From positions 77,128,001-77,192,000 of the forward strand of contig OX597821.1 in assembly GCA_951406725.2 (NCBI GenBank): a stretch of 64,000 nt of DNA, in the 5' to 3' direction. Of this stretch, positions 38,831 to 52,704 are shown piece by piece. The notes under the pieces were generated by a model, which saw nothing but the letters and a program-made list of their open reading frames with translations, did not search any database and was not told the DNA's origin. This DNA is from Octopus vulgaris (lineage: Eukaryota). A program made the position numbers and the translations under genes. The number at the start of each line of letters is the position of its first letter. The first letter of the stretch is position 1.

Positions 38831-40931
38831 TAATATGGGTAACCTTTACCTTTCAGCTGCTTAACTCCTTTGAATCTAGAGCTACCGACCGCTTCAATGG
38901 GCCCAAGTGCCTCATTGCAGTAACAAAGCACTAATTGTTTATACAGAAATAAAGATGAACAAATTCCATTAATTACAAAACAATTTCCAATATTCGTGAT
39001 TTTTTGTTTAGCTGACATACTTTCAGCTTTCTGATCCAGAAACCTGAAACAATGTAATATACAAAAATATTTATTCCTAGAAGATATCTTAATTCGGGAA
39101 AAAAATTGAGGCAAATCTATTCTAAAGTGAATGAAACAATAGCAAAACTATTTATTTCAAAACAGATATGGAAAATACTTCATTGTTCTGGATCACTGGA
39201 TGGTTTAGGTGAGTTGTGGGTTTGTCTCTTCCGTATTTAAGTAAGAGTAAGCAGACAGTCTTCTAAAGCAGGGTTAACTAACAGATCTTGTTTGACTATC
39301 GACTGCACGAAAAAAGAGCACGAATTACTCACTTAAAACCCCATCAATTCCAAATATCTTTCTTTGGGAAGATAATTTAATAACTCCAAAATAATTGACT
39401 GATTTAGTAATAATTTTTTTAAATTAACGAGTCCGCAGAAAACCAAAAACGTGGTATAGGAATTTACGTACACATATATTATTGACTAGATACAAAGCTG
39501 AGACAAATCTATTGTAAAGCCTTCCACGAAATATTTAAAGGGAACAGTATGTCAATCTGCTTCTATGATTTAACCAGATGATACACCACAACCTGATAAG
39601 TTGTAAAGAAATAATTGATTTTTCAAATGCGTTTGAAATATTCTCAGATGCAAGGGTAAAATAAGGCATAACATTTATGCTATTCTTTTTTCTTTCTTTC
39701 TTCTCAAGGGCATCAGAAGCATAAGCGAGGGGATTTTCAGATGAGAACTCAGATTGCATCCTGGGTACACGGTAAGATTGAACTTAGGTATCATCTTGCA
39801 CCAACTCCACAGCCCCCACGTTTGTATGCAAGAAGCAGAGCCTGTTTATGCAAAGTAAATTATGTTATAGGCAGCGACAGAGCTGACTGACAACATCAGT
39901 AAAATTTATTTAAAACGATGCATCATTAAGCTATGAATGACTGAATGATGGCCAAGACATATTTGTTTCTGCACAATGTATGTTCATCGCAGCAGGCTTA
40001 CTGTTTCCCAACCTGATCAACTCAGTAGGTTAGCAACGATCTCTCCACAACAGCTCCTGCTAACCCCATTTCGTTGCTATCCTTTTGCTGTCAGGAAGTT
40101 ACCCAAATGCTTTACCCTGCCGCTGTTGTTTCATTTTAGAAACTTCTGAACGAAACATGTTTTAAAACTTTGTCTGTTTTTTGAGGGAATTTTCTCTCGT
40201 TTCTTTTCCCCCACCTTTTATTATCTTTTTTATTTTATTTTTTAATGAAGAATCTTGTTAATGGAGAGTTGCTTGCCTTTCTGGAGAGATGAATATACTT
40301 TTATCAATGAATGCATAAATCTATTTTGCATCTTCACCTTCAGAATAAACGTAGGATTTTTTTTTCTTTCTGGATACGCGTAATTATTTGTGCACACAAA
40401 AGTAAATACATATGCACAAGTGCTTCGTAAAACTGTAAGTTTCGAGTAATTTTTTTTATCAGTAGATCAGAGAATTCCATTCCTTACTGCAATTTTAAAA
40501 CCGTAACATTACACGTGAATACACCCGTATAGCTTACCAAACTGTTAAGCAGACACATATCAGACGAAATTTTGCAACCATACCACAGCAATTTCTAAAT
40601 ACACTACTCGACAATATAAGCTTGTAACACAAGCTTAAAGCTTTGCATTATCAGTCAAAGAAAACAGAAAATCGTTATGTAGATATTCATTATTTGAGGG
40701 CAACAGTTTTTTTGATTTGGCCCAACAATACATGAAGTAGTCCTAAAATGGTTTTCAAGTTAGGTTTGCTTGGATTTAGTGCAACAAAACCGATTGTAGT
40801 GTATGATATATATTTGTTTAACATTTATGATATTCTGAGATATTTCTATGAAGCACAAGAGCAGCAAATCAATGGCAGTATTTGAATTCTGAATATTGAA
40901 GGAAGAGATTATATAGGATTAAATATTTATA

Positions 40932-41152
40932 AGGCGGCGAGCTGACACGCCGGGCGAAATGCGTAGCCGTATTTCGTCTGCCGTTACGTTCTGAGTTCAA
41001 ATTCCGCCGAGGTCGACTTTGCCTTTCATCCATGCGGGATCGATAAATAAAGTACCAGTTACGCACTGGGGTCGATGTAATCGACTTAATCCGTTTGACT
41101 GTCCTTGTTTGTCCCCCTCTATGTTTAGCCCCTTGTGGGCAGTAAAGAAATA
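40932..41152 (+). mobile_element. SINE family 2, young insertion with 22-bp target-site duplication
   Basis: GGCGGCGAGCTG...GAGTTCAAATTCC...GGGCAGTAAAGAAA, with TSD TATATAGGATTAAATATTTATA at 40910-40931 and 41153-41174. Further copies (approximate): 13068-13268+, 15712-15940+ (nested in a family 1 copy), 31321-31515+, 34377-34545+, 37455-37870-, 43759-43970+, 50058-50500+ (two copies), 55153-55386-, 63590-63780-. Confidence 0.9.
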
Positions 41153-42125
41153 TATATAGGATTAAATATTTATAGCGTGGTTTCTACTTTCTATATGAAG
41201 GTGCGTTGTCTAGTGGTGAGGATGCTGCACTTACGATAGCAAGGTCGTGGTTTCGATTCACAGGTCGGGCGGTGCGTTGTGTTCTTGAGCAAAATACTTC
41301 ATTGTACGTTGCTCCAGTTCAGTCAGCTGTCAATGAACAGACTTGAACAGACTAGCTTCACAGACAGGAGAAATGGTTGGAATCTCGTCACAGAAACCAG
41401 GAACCGTCCTTAGAACTCTAGACAGTAATTACACTTTTTTTATTCCACACTCTCAATCATTCTGCCGATCTAGGTGGAACTTAATATAAGGAAGAAAAAC
41501 ATAAGTTTGAAACCCCATTGTGTAATATATAGAGATTTGTATAAGAATTATGAACGCACGTAGCTGAATGTTAAGAAGTCTGCATTGCGAGGTCATGGGT
41601 TCGATTTCACTGTGAGACACCTCGGGGACTGTTTGGCTATGATTTTTATTATGGCCTTGAGTTCTTGAGTGAAAATGGATCGACGGAAATTGTGGACGTC
41701 CGTTGAATGTATTCCATCAATAACTTAAAGGAGTTTGCTCTTGTTAGACTGTGTCATGTTCATTATACTTGTGTATTACATAAAGGATATACAAGTCTGT
41801 TGGAATATTCAGCCGCGTACTGTATGAGCCTATAAGCAGTTGTTTATCGAATAAGAATGCGAATCGTAAACCAGAGGCAGTTGATCGAGCACAAACGAAT
41901 CGTAAGCCGGAGAAGGTCTTTACATATCCTATCATGTTGAAAAGGAATGATACATCAGACGGTGTAACACTGGATTTGTGAATAAACGAGGATGTCATGG
42001 ATGGAATTCTTTTCAACATAAAGCTCACAAACGGTTATATAACAATAACAGATTATAATCAATGAAAATATAAACTCAGTTTATAATGCAGAAAGTCGAT
42101 TAAACTAGGGAGATTTTGTGCCTTG

Positions 42126-42185
42126 TTGAAAATTAGCTGATTGAAAATTAGCTGATTGAAAATTAGCTGATTGAAAATTAGCCGA
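42126..42185. repeat. 4 x 15-bp tandem repeat TTGAAAATTAGCTGA
   Basis: Directly visible in the sequence. Confidence 0.9.
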
Positions 42186-42432
42186 TATTGATTGGTGAAA
42201 ATTAAAAGTGAGTTGAAGTGTTCAGCTTTGTATGAAGTTACAACATCTTTTATCATTAATTTGCTTCAGTTATTAGACTGCGGCCATGCTGGAACACCAC
42301 TTTGCAGACATTTTAGTCGAATGAATCAACCCCAGTAACTTACGTCTGTGTATTTTGCCGAACCACTAAGTTACGGGGACGTAAATACACCAACACTGTT
42401 TATCAAGTGGTGGGGAGGGATCACAAACACAT

Positions 42433-42503
<71 letters not shown>

Positions 42504-45500
42504 TCCATTTACATATATACATATATGCGACGGGCTTCTTTCAGTTTCCTCTACCAAATCCACTCACAAGGATTGGATAGTCCGAAACTATTGCAGAAGG
42601 CACTTGCCCAAGGTGCCATGAAGTGGGACTGAACCCGGAACTTCTTACCACGCAGCCACTAATAATTTTTTATTATATCCTATTGCCCATTCAGGTAAAT
42701 TCGATGTTTCTTTTCTAGTAATATAAAACAATAACAAAAAGCAACAAATATTAAATAATGTTTTCTTGCACGCGGCAGCAAGATCTCCCATTTTAGCATA
42801 GCTTATTTCTTCGAAGGTAGCAGAAAAGTAATTAAGAACACAAAGAATCAGATCTACATAGTTCCAGTGCCATTTCTGTCGTAACTAATGCTTCCCATTA
42901 GCAAAACACTTATGCTTGCCAATTCTCTATCTTTTATGTTCTTTCAGTGAGTTGCACTCTTGCTGTCAGTATCATCACATCTGACATTCAACCATTTCTA
43001 ATAAAGATGCTTTTATGACCGGATAATAAAAGTAAATATATATTTTATTCCAATTTCTGTAATTTTACGATTCATGCATTTTTTTCCCTCTACATAACCG
43101 AGCTCAGCTCTTCGTACCTTTGGGGTGTGTGTATGTGAAGCTGTTATTAATGTACTGTATTGATATGTAATACGGGTATAAAACTCAATATTGGTTTCTG
43201 GTATAGGTACAAGGCCTGCAATTTAGGAGAGGAGGGTAAGTTGATTACATTGTCGGGTAATTGTTTTACCAGCCCCGAAAGGATAAAAGATAAAGTCGAC
43301 TTCGACGGAATTTGAACTCAGAACGTAAGGACGGACGAAATGCTGCTAAGTATTTTTCCCGGTCTGCTAACGATTCTGCCCAGCAATGTTCATTTCAAAT
43401 TCTGGCACAAGGCCAGCAATTTCTTCTACAACTTTTGTTCATCGTTTTTGAAATTTGAATCAATTTTTACCTCTTTTCAAACACATGATGTATCAAGTAG
43501 AAAAAAAATACGAACGAATTTATCTGACAATGCGATATAAGTCTAGGAATCTATAATTTTTTTTTGATATCTTACTTTTACTTCTAAGTTCAGTCTTTCA
43601 TCATAGAGATTATTTTCAATCTCTAAATTTTGGGTATTTGTATTTTCACATTTCATTACTACGATAATTTCTCTTCAAGTCTATTAAAGAATCTGATGGA
43701 GCATATAGACCTCAATACTCGACGGCCACTTTACGCTATCAATATCTGAAAAGTATAAGACGGCGAGCTGGCAGAAACGTTAGCACGAAGGGCGAAATGC
43801 GTAGCGGTATATGGCTGTCTTTACGTTCTGAGTTCAAATTCCGCCGAGGTCGACTTTGCCATTTATCCTTTCGGGGTCGATAAATTAAGTACCAGTTACG
43901 CACTGGGGTCGATCTAATCGACTGGCTCCCTCCCCCAAAATTCCGGCCTTTGTGCCTAGAGTAGAAAAGAGTATCTGAAGAGTAAAAATGTAAAGTTGAC
44001 CCTGACGGGATTTGAGACCAGAGCGTAAATGGCTTTAATAAAATAGCACAAATCGTTTTGTCCGACGCACTATCGTCGGTATTAATCATTGTCTCACAGG
44101 GGTATTCCCTAATATTAACACAGCTTCTTTATTACTTTCTAACTTCTACTTGATTAAGTTTCTTGTGCGAATACAGGGTTTGCCATATATGACTTCTTTT
44201 TTATTTCTTTTACTTTTTTATTTCTTTTACTTCTATTAAATGAAACGGAATCACTCAAAACTAGAAATCCTTTAATAAGTATAACAAATATTACTATCGC
44301 CATTATTAGACATCCGGTGAAAACAAACAATATCAGAGAATCGTAAAATGCAAGCAACAAAACCATCCTGAACCAAGAACCCTTTAACAGGATACAAACG
44401 ATTCACTGACAAGAAGCACACCAAACAGATATTCCTATCATCAACTGCCAAACGGATATCATTGTCGTTTTGACACTTAGTACCATAGTTCTTGAAGGTG
44501 AAAACAGCTGGATATTTTAAGCATGTCTTCACTGAAATCAAACTTACTTTCCTGCCTAAACTGATTTAGTTGCCTATATCCTTTCCAATTTCTTTGAAAA
44601 TTATTATCGCTATAAGAAATCATTCATATAATGGCCATTATTACAATTGCGGTTTTCAGAACGGCCGCTTTCCAGGCACCTGGCAGGTGGAGGGTGCCTC
44701 TTCTGGTTGTTTAATCCTTGGATCTTAGATACTTAACGTTAAATTTAGCCCATTTATTTTTGCGAGACATTAACATTTGTTACATTGATTTCTTTGCTCT
44801 GTAAGATATGTTTTCCAATGAACTAGCTGCTATTTCTAGCAATATGCACCCTCCACTTCACCCCATGAAGTGAAAAGTCGACCTGACCTAGAGCAGTTGC
44901 TCCAGACTCCACCATCTCACTTTTCACTGAGACCTGGGTACATCTAGGACTACTACATTGTCCAAAATATCGTATTTCCATTTTGAAGACAATAAGCAAT
45001 GATTTCGAGAGAATTGACATCTACTTGTAACAATATGCCCACAGATACCAGAAGAACGGCATCAACTAGAACAGCTGCTCATTAACTCGTTTTATGCCAT
45101 AAATTCAGTCAAGCAGAGGTTCAGCGGCACTACTTAGAGCAACAAAAATGTCACCCATCTCGCTTTTAATTTTAACTCTCATATTTTCCTTCTTCTTTGA
45201 GAAATGAATATACAAAATACTTCTACTATTAAACTTAAATGCATTTACGCACACACACGCACACACACACATGCACACACACATACACACACATACACAT
45301 ATATACATATATGAGCATACAAGCCTATAAATATATATATGTATGGATGTATATATAACATATACGTGTATGTATATATATATACATATATATATATGTA
45401 TATATGTATTTTTTTATTTGTTTGTCATTTGACTGCGGCCATGCTGGAGCACCATCTTTAGTTGAACAAATTGACCCTAGGACATATTCTTTGTAAGCCT

Positions 45501-45622
45501 AGTACTTATTCTATCGTCCTCTTTTGCCGAACCGCTAAGTTACGGGGACGTAAACACACCAACATCCGTTGTAAAGCGATTTGGTGGGGGGCACAGACAC
45601 ACAAACATACATATATACATAC

Positions 45623-45655
<33 letters not shown>

Positions 45656-46369
45656 CGACGAGTTTCTTTCAGTTTCCGTCTACCAAATCCACTCACAAGC
45701 CTATAGTAGAAGACACTATCCTAAGGTGCCACGCAGTGGGACTGAAGCCGAAACCATGTGGTTGGTAAGTAAGCTACTTACCACACAGCCTCTCCTGCAC
45801 CTATGCACGTATTTATCTATCAATCTATACACGCACTGACACACACACACATACGCGCGCACACACAACACGTATGTATAATCCTTACTGTGATGAGGCC
45901 TTGGACTCATAAGACCAGAGATTAACCCCGGTTTTCATGGCATATTAGTAACTGAAGTTACAACACCCTCTCTCCTGGATGGGATGCCAGTCCATTGCGA
46001 GATTAACTTCCAAGCCTTTACTGGAACACATTTACAACTGAGTGGGACTGGAACAACGTGAAATGAAGATATGTTGATCAAAAACACAATGAACCGCCTG
46101 GTCCACAGATCGAAACCGTTGTCGTAAGATCGTGAGACCAACACTCTAACCACCAGGCCACGCGTTTTCAGTAATAACCCAGTTGAATACAACAAATGGC
46201 TCAGATTACTTTACAACGACTACTTGTGATCCATCAGAAATACCATCTCGAAAAATCGATCAATAATGAAGCAATGACACGCTAGGTGGCGTTGCCATAG
46301 TTACAATGTTGTTGGGAATCGATGAGGTGGCTATGGGTGGAATGTGGTTGGTCATAGGTCCGTTCAAGA

Positions 46370-47375
46370 AGAACTGTTCTGGAGGTTAATCAAACTGTGA
46401 AAGAAGAAACATGGCAGAATATTTGGTAAACAGCGAAGAAGAATTGCTGCAGTGTGATGCTAGTGCAGGAGGAGTTAACAAAAATGGACCTGAGAGCGTT
46501 CATGAATTCCGAACAAGAACAGCCAACGAGAGAGAAGAAACCCTACTCAAATTAAAAGAGCAGGAAGCATCATGGAGGTGGCTCAACAAGGGTGACCTAA
46601 AAACAATACTGAAAGCCTAATAATCGCGGCCCCGGACCAGGCATTGAATACCAACTCAGCGGAAAAGAATATATACCACACAAGTGCATCGGACCTCTGC
46701 AGAATGTGTGGGAAAAGGGTTGAAAGTGTGATTAACATTGTTAGTGCTTATGAAAGTCTTGCGCAGAAAGAATACAAGCATAGACATGATGAGGTAGCCC
46801 AAAACCTCCACTGGTTACTATGCCGTAAGTGTGGATATGAGGTTATGGGTGTTTGGTACCAACATACACCGGTAAGGTAATGAACGAAAAGGGGAAGGCA
46901 AAAACCCTCTGGGACTTTGATTTCCAGACAAAGTGTTAGACTACCGAAGGCCGGATATAGTAATCTTTAGGAGGGACAAACAAGAGTGCCTAATAATTGA
47001 AGTGGCAGTGCCAGGAGATAAACATATCATCATGAAAGAAAGAGAAAAGATTGATAAATATGGAGACCTGAGAATTGAGATCGCTAACATGTAGCAGCTA
47101 CGAGAGTCGAACATAAAGGTTATCTCTGTTGTAATCGGAGTATTGGGTTCAATACCACCCAATCTGAAAAATACATCTGAAAACCTTAGAAATACCCTAC
47201 AATCTAGATGTATTGCAAAAGTCGGCATTACTTGGAACTGCACGTATATTGCGTAAATTATTGTCTGTCTGAGGTCCTTGCGGTGACTTGACAAACAGTA
47301 CAAACCCCCGGTAGACACAATATCTGCAATCAACAACCTCACGTTAATGTATACTGTGCGACATCTATAATAATG
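46370..47375 (+). mobile_element. degraded 3' end of an RLE-type (R4/Dong-like) non-LTR retrotransposon
   Basis: Across frameshifts it reads IAAPDQALNTN...CRMCGKRVES...YKHRHDEVAQNLHW (degenerate zinc knuckle plus RHD motif). It continues WDF...RPDIVIF...LIIEVAVP...EKIDKYGDL...VVIGVLG, a restriction-like endonuclease. In-frame stops are present. Confidence 0.85.
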
Positions 47376-47748
47376 ATATAACTAAAAAATGTCACTGCAA
47401 CTTTTACGTGGTAAATCGACCAGCTAAAAATAGCAGTCAAGTTCCTTCCAGATTGCATTATTTCGTTAAAAGAATAAAGGAAACTGTTAATATGAAGGAT
47501 AGATATTTCTGTATCTTCTAGCTTTTACCTGTCATCGCTTTTTAGTTGTTTCAGTCATTAGACAGCGGCCAAGCTGGGGCTTCCGCTTGAAGATTTTAGT
47601 CGAACAAAAGTAACTCTAGGGCTTATGTTTTTTTAAAAGTTTAGCACTTACTCTATCGGTCTCTTATGCCCAAACGCTAAGTAAACAAACCGACGCTGGT
47701 TCACAAGGGGTGAGGCCGAAGACAAACACACACACGTGTGTGTGTATG

Positions 47749-47787
<39 letters not shown>

Positions 47788-50700
47788 CAGGCTTCCACGC
47801 AGTTTTCGTCCACTGAACTATTCTCACAAGGGATTGGTCGGTGTAGGCTATACTAGAGTTTAGTCCCATTGGGGACTGAACTCAAAACATCGTGGTTGCA
47901 AAGTGAGCTTCTCAACCGCACGACCATACTCGTGACTGGATGAACTTAATTTCTATATTTTCCTCCTCGGTTCCATATGTCAAAACTCGATTGTTAATGG
48001 TTGCTGTATATTTACGGTGTATCTGAATAAGAGAGATGGTCACGGCTAGAATGCTTCTGATCTAACTCTATTTTGCATGTTCAGAAATGAGTGGGGAACA
48101 AACAAGCATGACAACAACAATAGCAGCACAACAACTTGGCACCGATTGTAGCAGACAATCGGTGCCAAAAGTGACAGAAGCGAATGTCAGAATGATAAAT
48201 CGAGATCCGATTTGAAGTAATGTTGTATCAGCCGTTTATAGTAAGAGTAGATATTTACTCTTTTATTCTTTTACTTGCTTCAGTCATTGGACTGAGGCCA
48301 TGCTGGGGCACCATCTTGAAGAGTTTTTTCGATCAAATCAACCCCAGTACAATTTTTTTTAAAGTTTGATATTCGTTGTATTGGTCTGTTTTGCCGAAAC
48401 CTTCACCCCGTTTAGATGATGAAAATGAACCAATACCGGTTGTTAAGGGGGGTGCAAACACAAAATACCGTAGACACAGATACACACATACACATATACA
48501 TCGTGGTACTTCGTCGGTTACGACGACGAGGTTTCCTGATGATCCGATCAACGGAACAGCTTGCTCGTGAAATTAATGTGCAAGTGGTTGAGCACTCCAC
48601 AGACACGTGTACCCCTAGGTGTAGTTCTCAGGGAGATTCAGCATGACACAGCATGTGACAAGGCTGGCCCCTTTGAAATACGGGTACAACAAAAACAGTC
48701 TGTGATTCTTTCTTACTGTGTGCAGCATTTCTTTACTCATTGCCTGCTACAAAGCCTAATATGTGCACTCTGCATTTTTCATTTCAACTTTTTCTGTTTG
48801 TGTCTTTTATTCTCTCTTCGTCTCCCCTCTCTCTCGCTCCAAATCTATCTCGCTTCTCCTCTATTCTCCTTCTCTCTCACTCCTCCCTTTCTTTCTCCTC
48901 TCTCTCGCTCCCCTCTCTCTCGCTCCCCCTCTCTTCTCCACTCTGTCTATAAAATGTAAAGTTTGACTGAAGAAAATAACCAGCCAGTCAACATTTATTT
49001 CAGCTGTTATTAAACAGAGATAGGTAATACAAGCTTCAATACAGTTTCCGCCGACCGAATTCTCCCTCAAAGCACCGATCAATTCGAAGCCACAAGTAGA
49101 AGACACTGTGACCAAGATTCCGCTCAACAAACTCCAAACGACGTGGTTGCAACGGATAATTTCTACTTATTTTGCAGGTCTTTCCTTCTGGTTTCCCACC
49201 TCAAATTGATAAAAATGGTGTATTTTATTGAATGGGAATCATAGAGAACTCTAAATAGAGTTTACAAAGTAAACGATAACATTTTTCGGTGTTAATTTTG
49301 GAATCAGTTTTATCATCTTGAAACCTTAAACCGAACACAAGAAGGAATTGAAAACAAGACGAAACTGAAAACATACTCGAATCGAAAATCTTATCTTTTG
49401 TTTATAGAGACAAGCAGCAAACGGAACGTATTTTGTTTAGGGGTAGTTAAGAAGTTATATGGTAATAACTTCATCCTTTACTAGTTTTGCAAAGAACAAA
49501 ACAAAACAAAGAGAGAGAAAAGAAAAAAAGAAATGCTGGTGTTCTAACTTTAGAATTCTCGTTAGAGTGTTTCTTTAAAAAGAAATAAAAAATATAGATA
49601 AAACATCCGAAAAGTAAAAAGAAATTGCTGCTGTCATGCGAAGTTTCAATATCTTATAGAAAACTAATACTGGAACAATTCCGAACTTTCTTCAGTCAAG
49701 CTTCGTTAGTCTAACTAACAGTCTAAGAACGAAAATTGCAGGAAACAGCACAACGAACCATTATTTTTGCATTTTCGCTTTCGTCGAAATTACAGACGAA
49801 GAAGTAATGGCTTTTACCTCAAACATATTCGTAACTCGACAGAAAACCAAAATGGAATACATAATTAGATGGAACACCAATTTTACCGTCGTGTATTTAT
49901 ATTTTCTTGTCTCTAACCATTTATATTCTATGAATGTTTTAAAGTCTAGGAATCTAGAAATGTTATGCTACTTCGACATTTGTTTAGAAGCTGACATATT
50001 CACATTCAAAAATATTGTTTCTATTTTCTAAATTGACAATAATGATATTCTACAGTTTGGCGACGGTGCTGGCAGAATCTTTAGCAGAACGGAGAAGATG
50101 CATAACGGCATTTCGTCGGTCTCTTCGTTCTGGGTTCAAATTCCGCCGAGGCCGACTTTGCCTTTCATCTTCAATAAGATAAGTACCAGTTGAGCAATGG
50201 GGTCAGTGTAATCGACTCACCCCTCTCCTAAATTGCTGGCCTTGTGCCAAAATTTGAAATTCAAAGTTATATTCTTCAGTTAGGCGGTGCACTGGTGAAA
50301 CCGTTAGCAAACCGGGCCAAATTCTTAGACGTATTTCGTCCGTCTCTATGTTCCGAGCTCAAATACCGCCGAAGTAAACTTTGCTTTCTGGGGGGATGGT
50401 GGGGTGGATAAAATAAGTACCAGCTGTGCACTGGGGTCAATCTAATCAATTTACCGACTCCCTCGAAATTACTGGCCTTGTGCCAAAGTTTGGAGTCAAT
50501 AATTATATTCTATACTAATATATAAATGCTTACACGTGGTCAGTCGTTCTGCTAAAATTATCAACTCAAATTACACCTTACTGACATTTTTATTTTTAAA
50601 AAGGCACGGTTGTGTGGTTAAGAAGCTGACTCGAGCAATAGGGCTCATAAGACAGGTCCCCTGGCTTCCATAGTGTTTAAGTGACCGATATCACCACATG

Positions 50701-51164
50701 TCCCCCTGGACGTGACGCCGTCCTTCGCTGGGTTACTCATTCACTACACTGAAGTAACGTGGAATGAAGGGGTTTTTTTTTCTTCTTTTTTTTTTTGCAA
50801 GAGCACAACGATTCGTTTGATCTGGGAATCGAAATCACCATCTTGCGATCGTGAATGCAACAGCTCTGACTACTAGGCCACGCGATTTCTCTCAGAAATA
50901 ACAACTAAATTTTTAAATCAAACCATATCCTCTTACAGAACAGTAATCCTGAGAGAGAGAAAAAAAAACCCCAACAAAATGAAAACAAAAACAATTTACA
51001 GTTGGAAGGTCTTCAATCATGGGGGCAATCGATCATCTTATCGAATCCAGAGAACTGATCCCATTGGTCTTTCAAATTACTGATTCGTTCGATAAAAATT
51101 CTTTGAAGCGATGCCCCAGCGTAGCCTCAATCTAATGATTGATACAAGTAACAGAAAAAAGATT

Positions 51165-51200
<36 letters not shown>

Positions 51201-52641
51201 AATTACACAAATTCACGAACACATACACGCACGTGTGAATGAGTTTTAATTCTTTTGTTATTAATTTTAACTTAGAACATATTTTTTTTCTATCAGGATT
51301 TTTACAAAAAAGTTAAAGAAGTTAAAAACCCTGTTTTAAAACGAAAAAGAACAGTTGTAAATTGAAACCGAAAACAAACGATAGCTGTTCATGTCAAGAT
51401 GATCAGAAATTGAAACGTCGAAAAGCGAAAAAAATATACAAACAATGGAGGTTAATAGTCTGAAGAATCTGATACGACTCTAAATATTGTTATTTTAGTC
51501 TTTGACATTAATATATACGACTGGCCATTTATTAGTGTTTTTGAAGATTTTAAAAAGAAAATTTGTGTAAATTGTCAGTTATAATAAATCTCTCACTTGT
51601 TATGTCTATGTTGCCAAGACAAAGAGCTGGGAATGATCTGCTGCGGTGCATCGCAATCAACGCTATTGTGTCTATGTTCTTCATTCGGTCCTTCTCTTTT
51701 TGTAACTGTTTACCATAAAGTTTCTTTACTTTGTCTTCTCTTAAATTATCAAAACTTACTGAATTTAATCTACAACAATAGGAACAGTACAAACTCACCA
51801 ACCAATTCCTTCACCTATAATTGTGTTATTTACACGCTTGCCTCTTCCAGACTTTTTTTCTATATTTCACTGTGTTTACCCTTTCTTAAGTAAGCCGAGT
51901 CATCCGTGGCAGGGATATGTTATTCAAGTTATGATAATTTTGGTTACAAGGTCGTCAAAAAAGACGAAACCAATACTGTTTTTGGTTATCAGAGCAATTT
52001 CATTATATCTAGAACAGCAACAGCGATTCTTGAAAGCTGTTTATGTCAAAGCATTGGAAACTATTAAGGTAGTAAATGCTAATTTGTTTTATGGTACCCT
52101 ATGATCTATATTCATTGTTTTTTTTAAATCTCTATCGTTCTTCACTACACTAAGATCTGTTACCCAGACACTTAATACGCCTTCCTCATGACTCTCCATA
52201 TTTAAATACATTTAAAGACTCCATTTTGCAAACATAGATGTAAGTTAGGGAAACAAATAATATCAGCAGAAATTGAAAGAGGAACATAAAATGGGAGAAA
52301 AAATAATGAATTCTGAAAAGCAAGAACTATTCTGTGTAATAATTCAAATAAATGAAATAAGCTTTATGGTGGAAGGAAGACTTGAAATGTAACGTTTCGG
52401 ACAAAATTCTTCATCCAAAAGAGACGAAGTGTTACGTGGTTAGAAATGGTAAATAAATTAGCACAAGTGAGAGAAAGAAGAAAAAGGAAGTAACACAGAT
52501 TGAAAAAGAGGCAACGAGTGTTAGCTGAAAGGGCATCGGTCAGAGAGCAGAGAAAGGGAGAAAATATGACGTACGAAGGCAGATTGACAAGAGAGTTGAT
52601 GGAAAGAATAATGACAAGGACACGCTATACAGACATGCATG

Positions 52642-52704
<63 letters not shown>

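Noticed and set aside
51550-51830. 83-aa minus-strand ORF with nearby splice-like motifs
   Set aside because: No recognisable homology, and the implied introns would be implausibly short (~30 nt).
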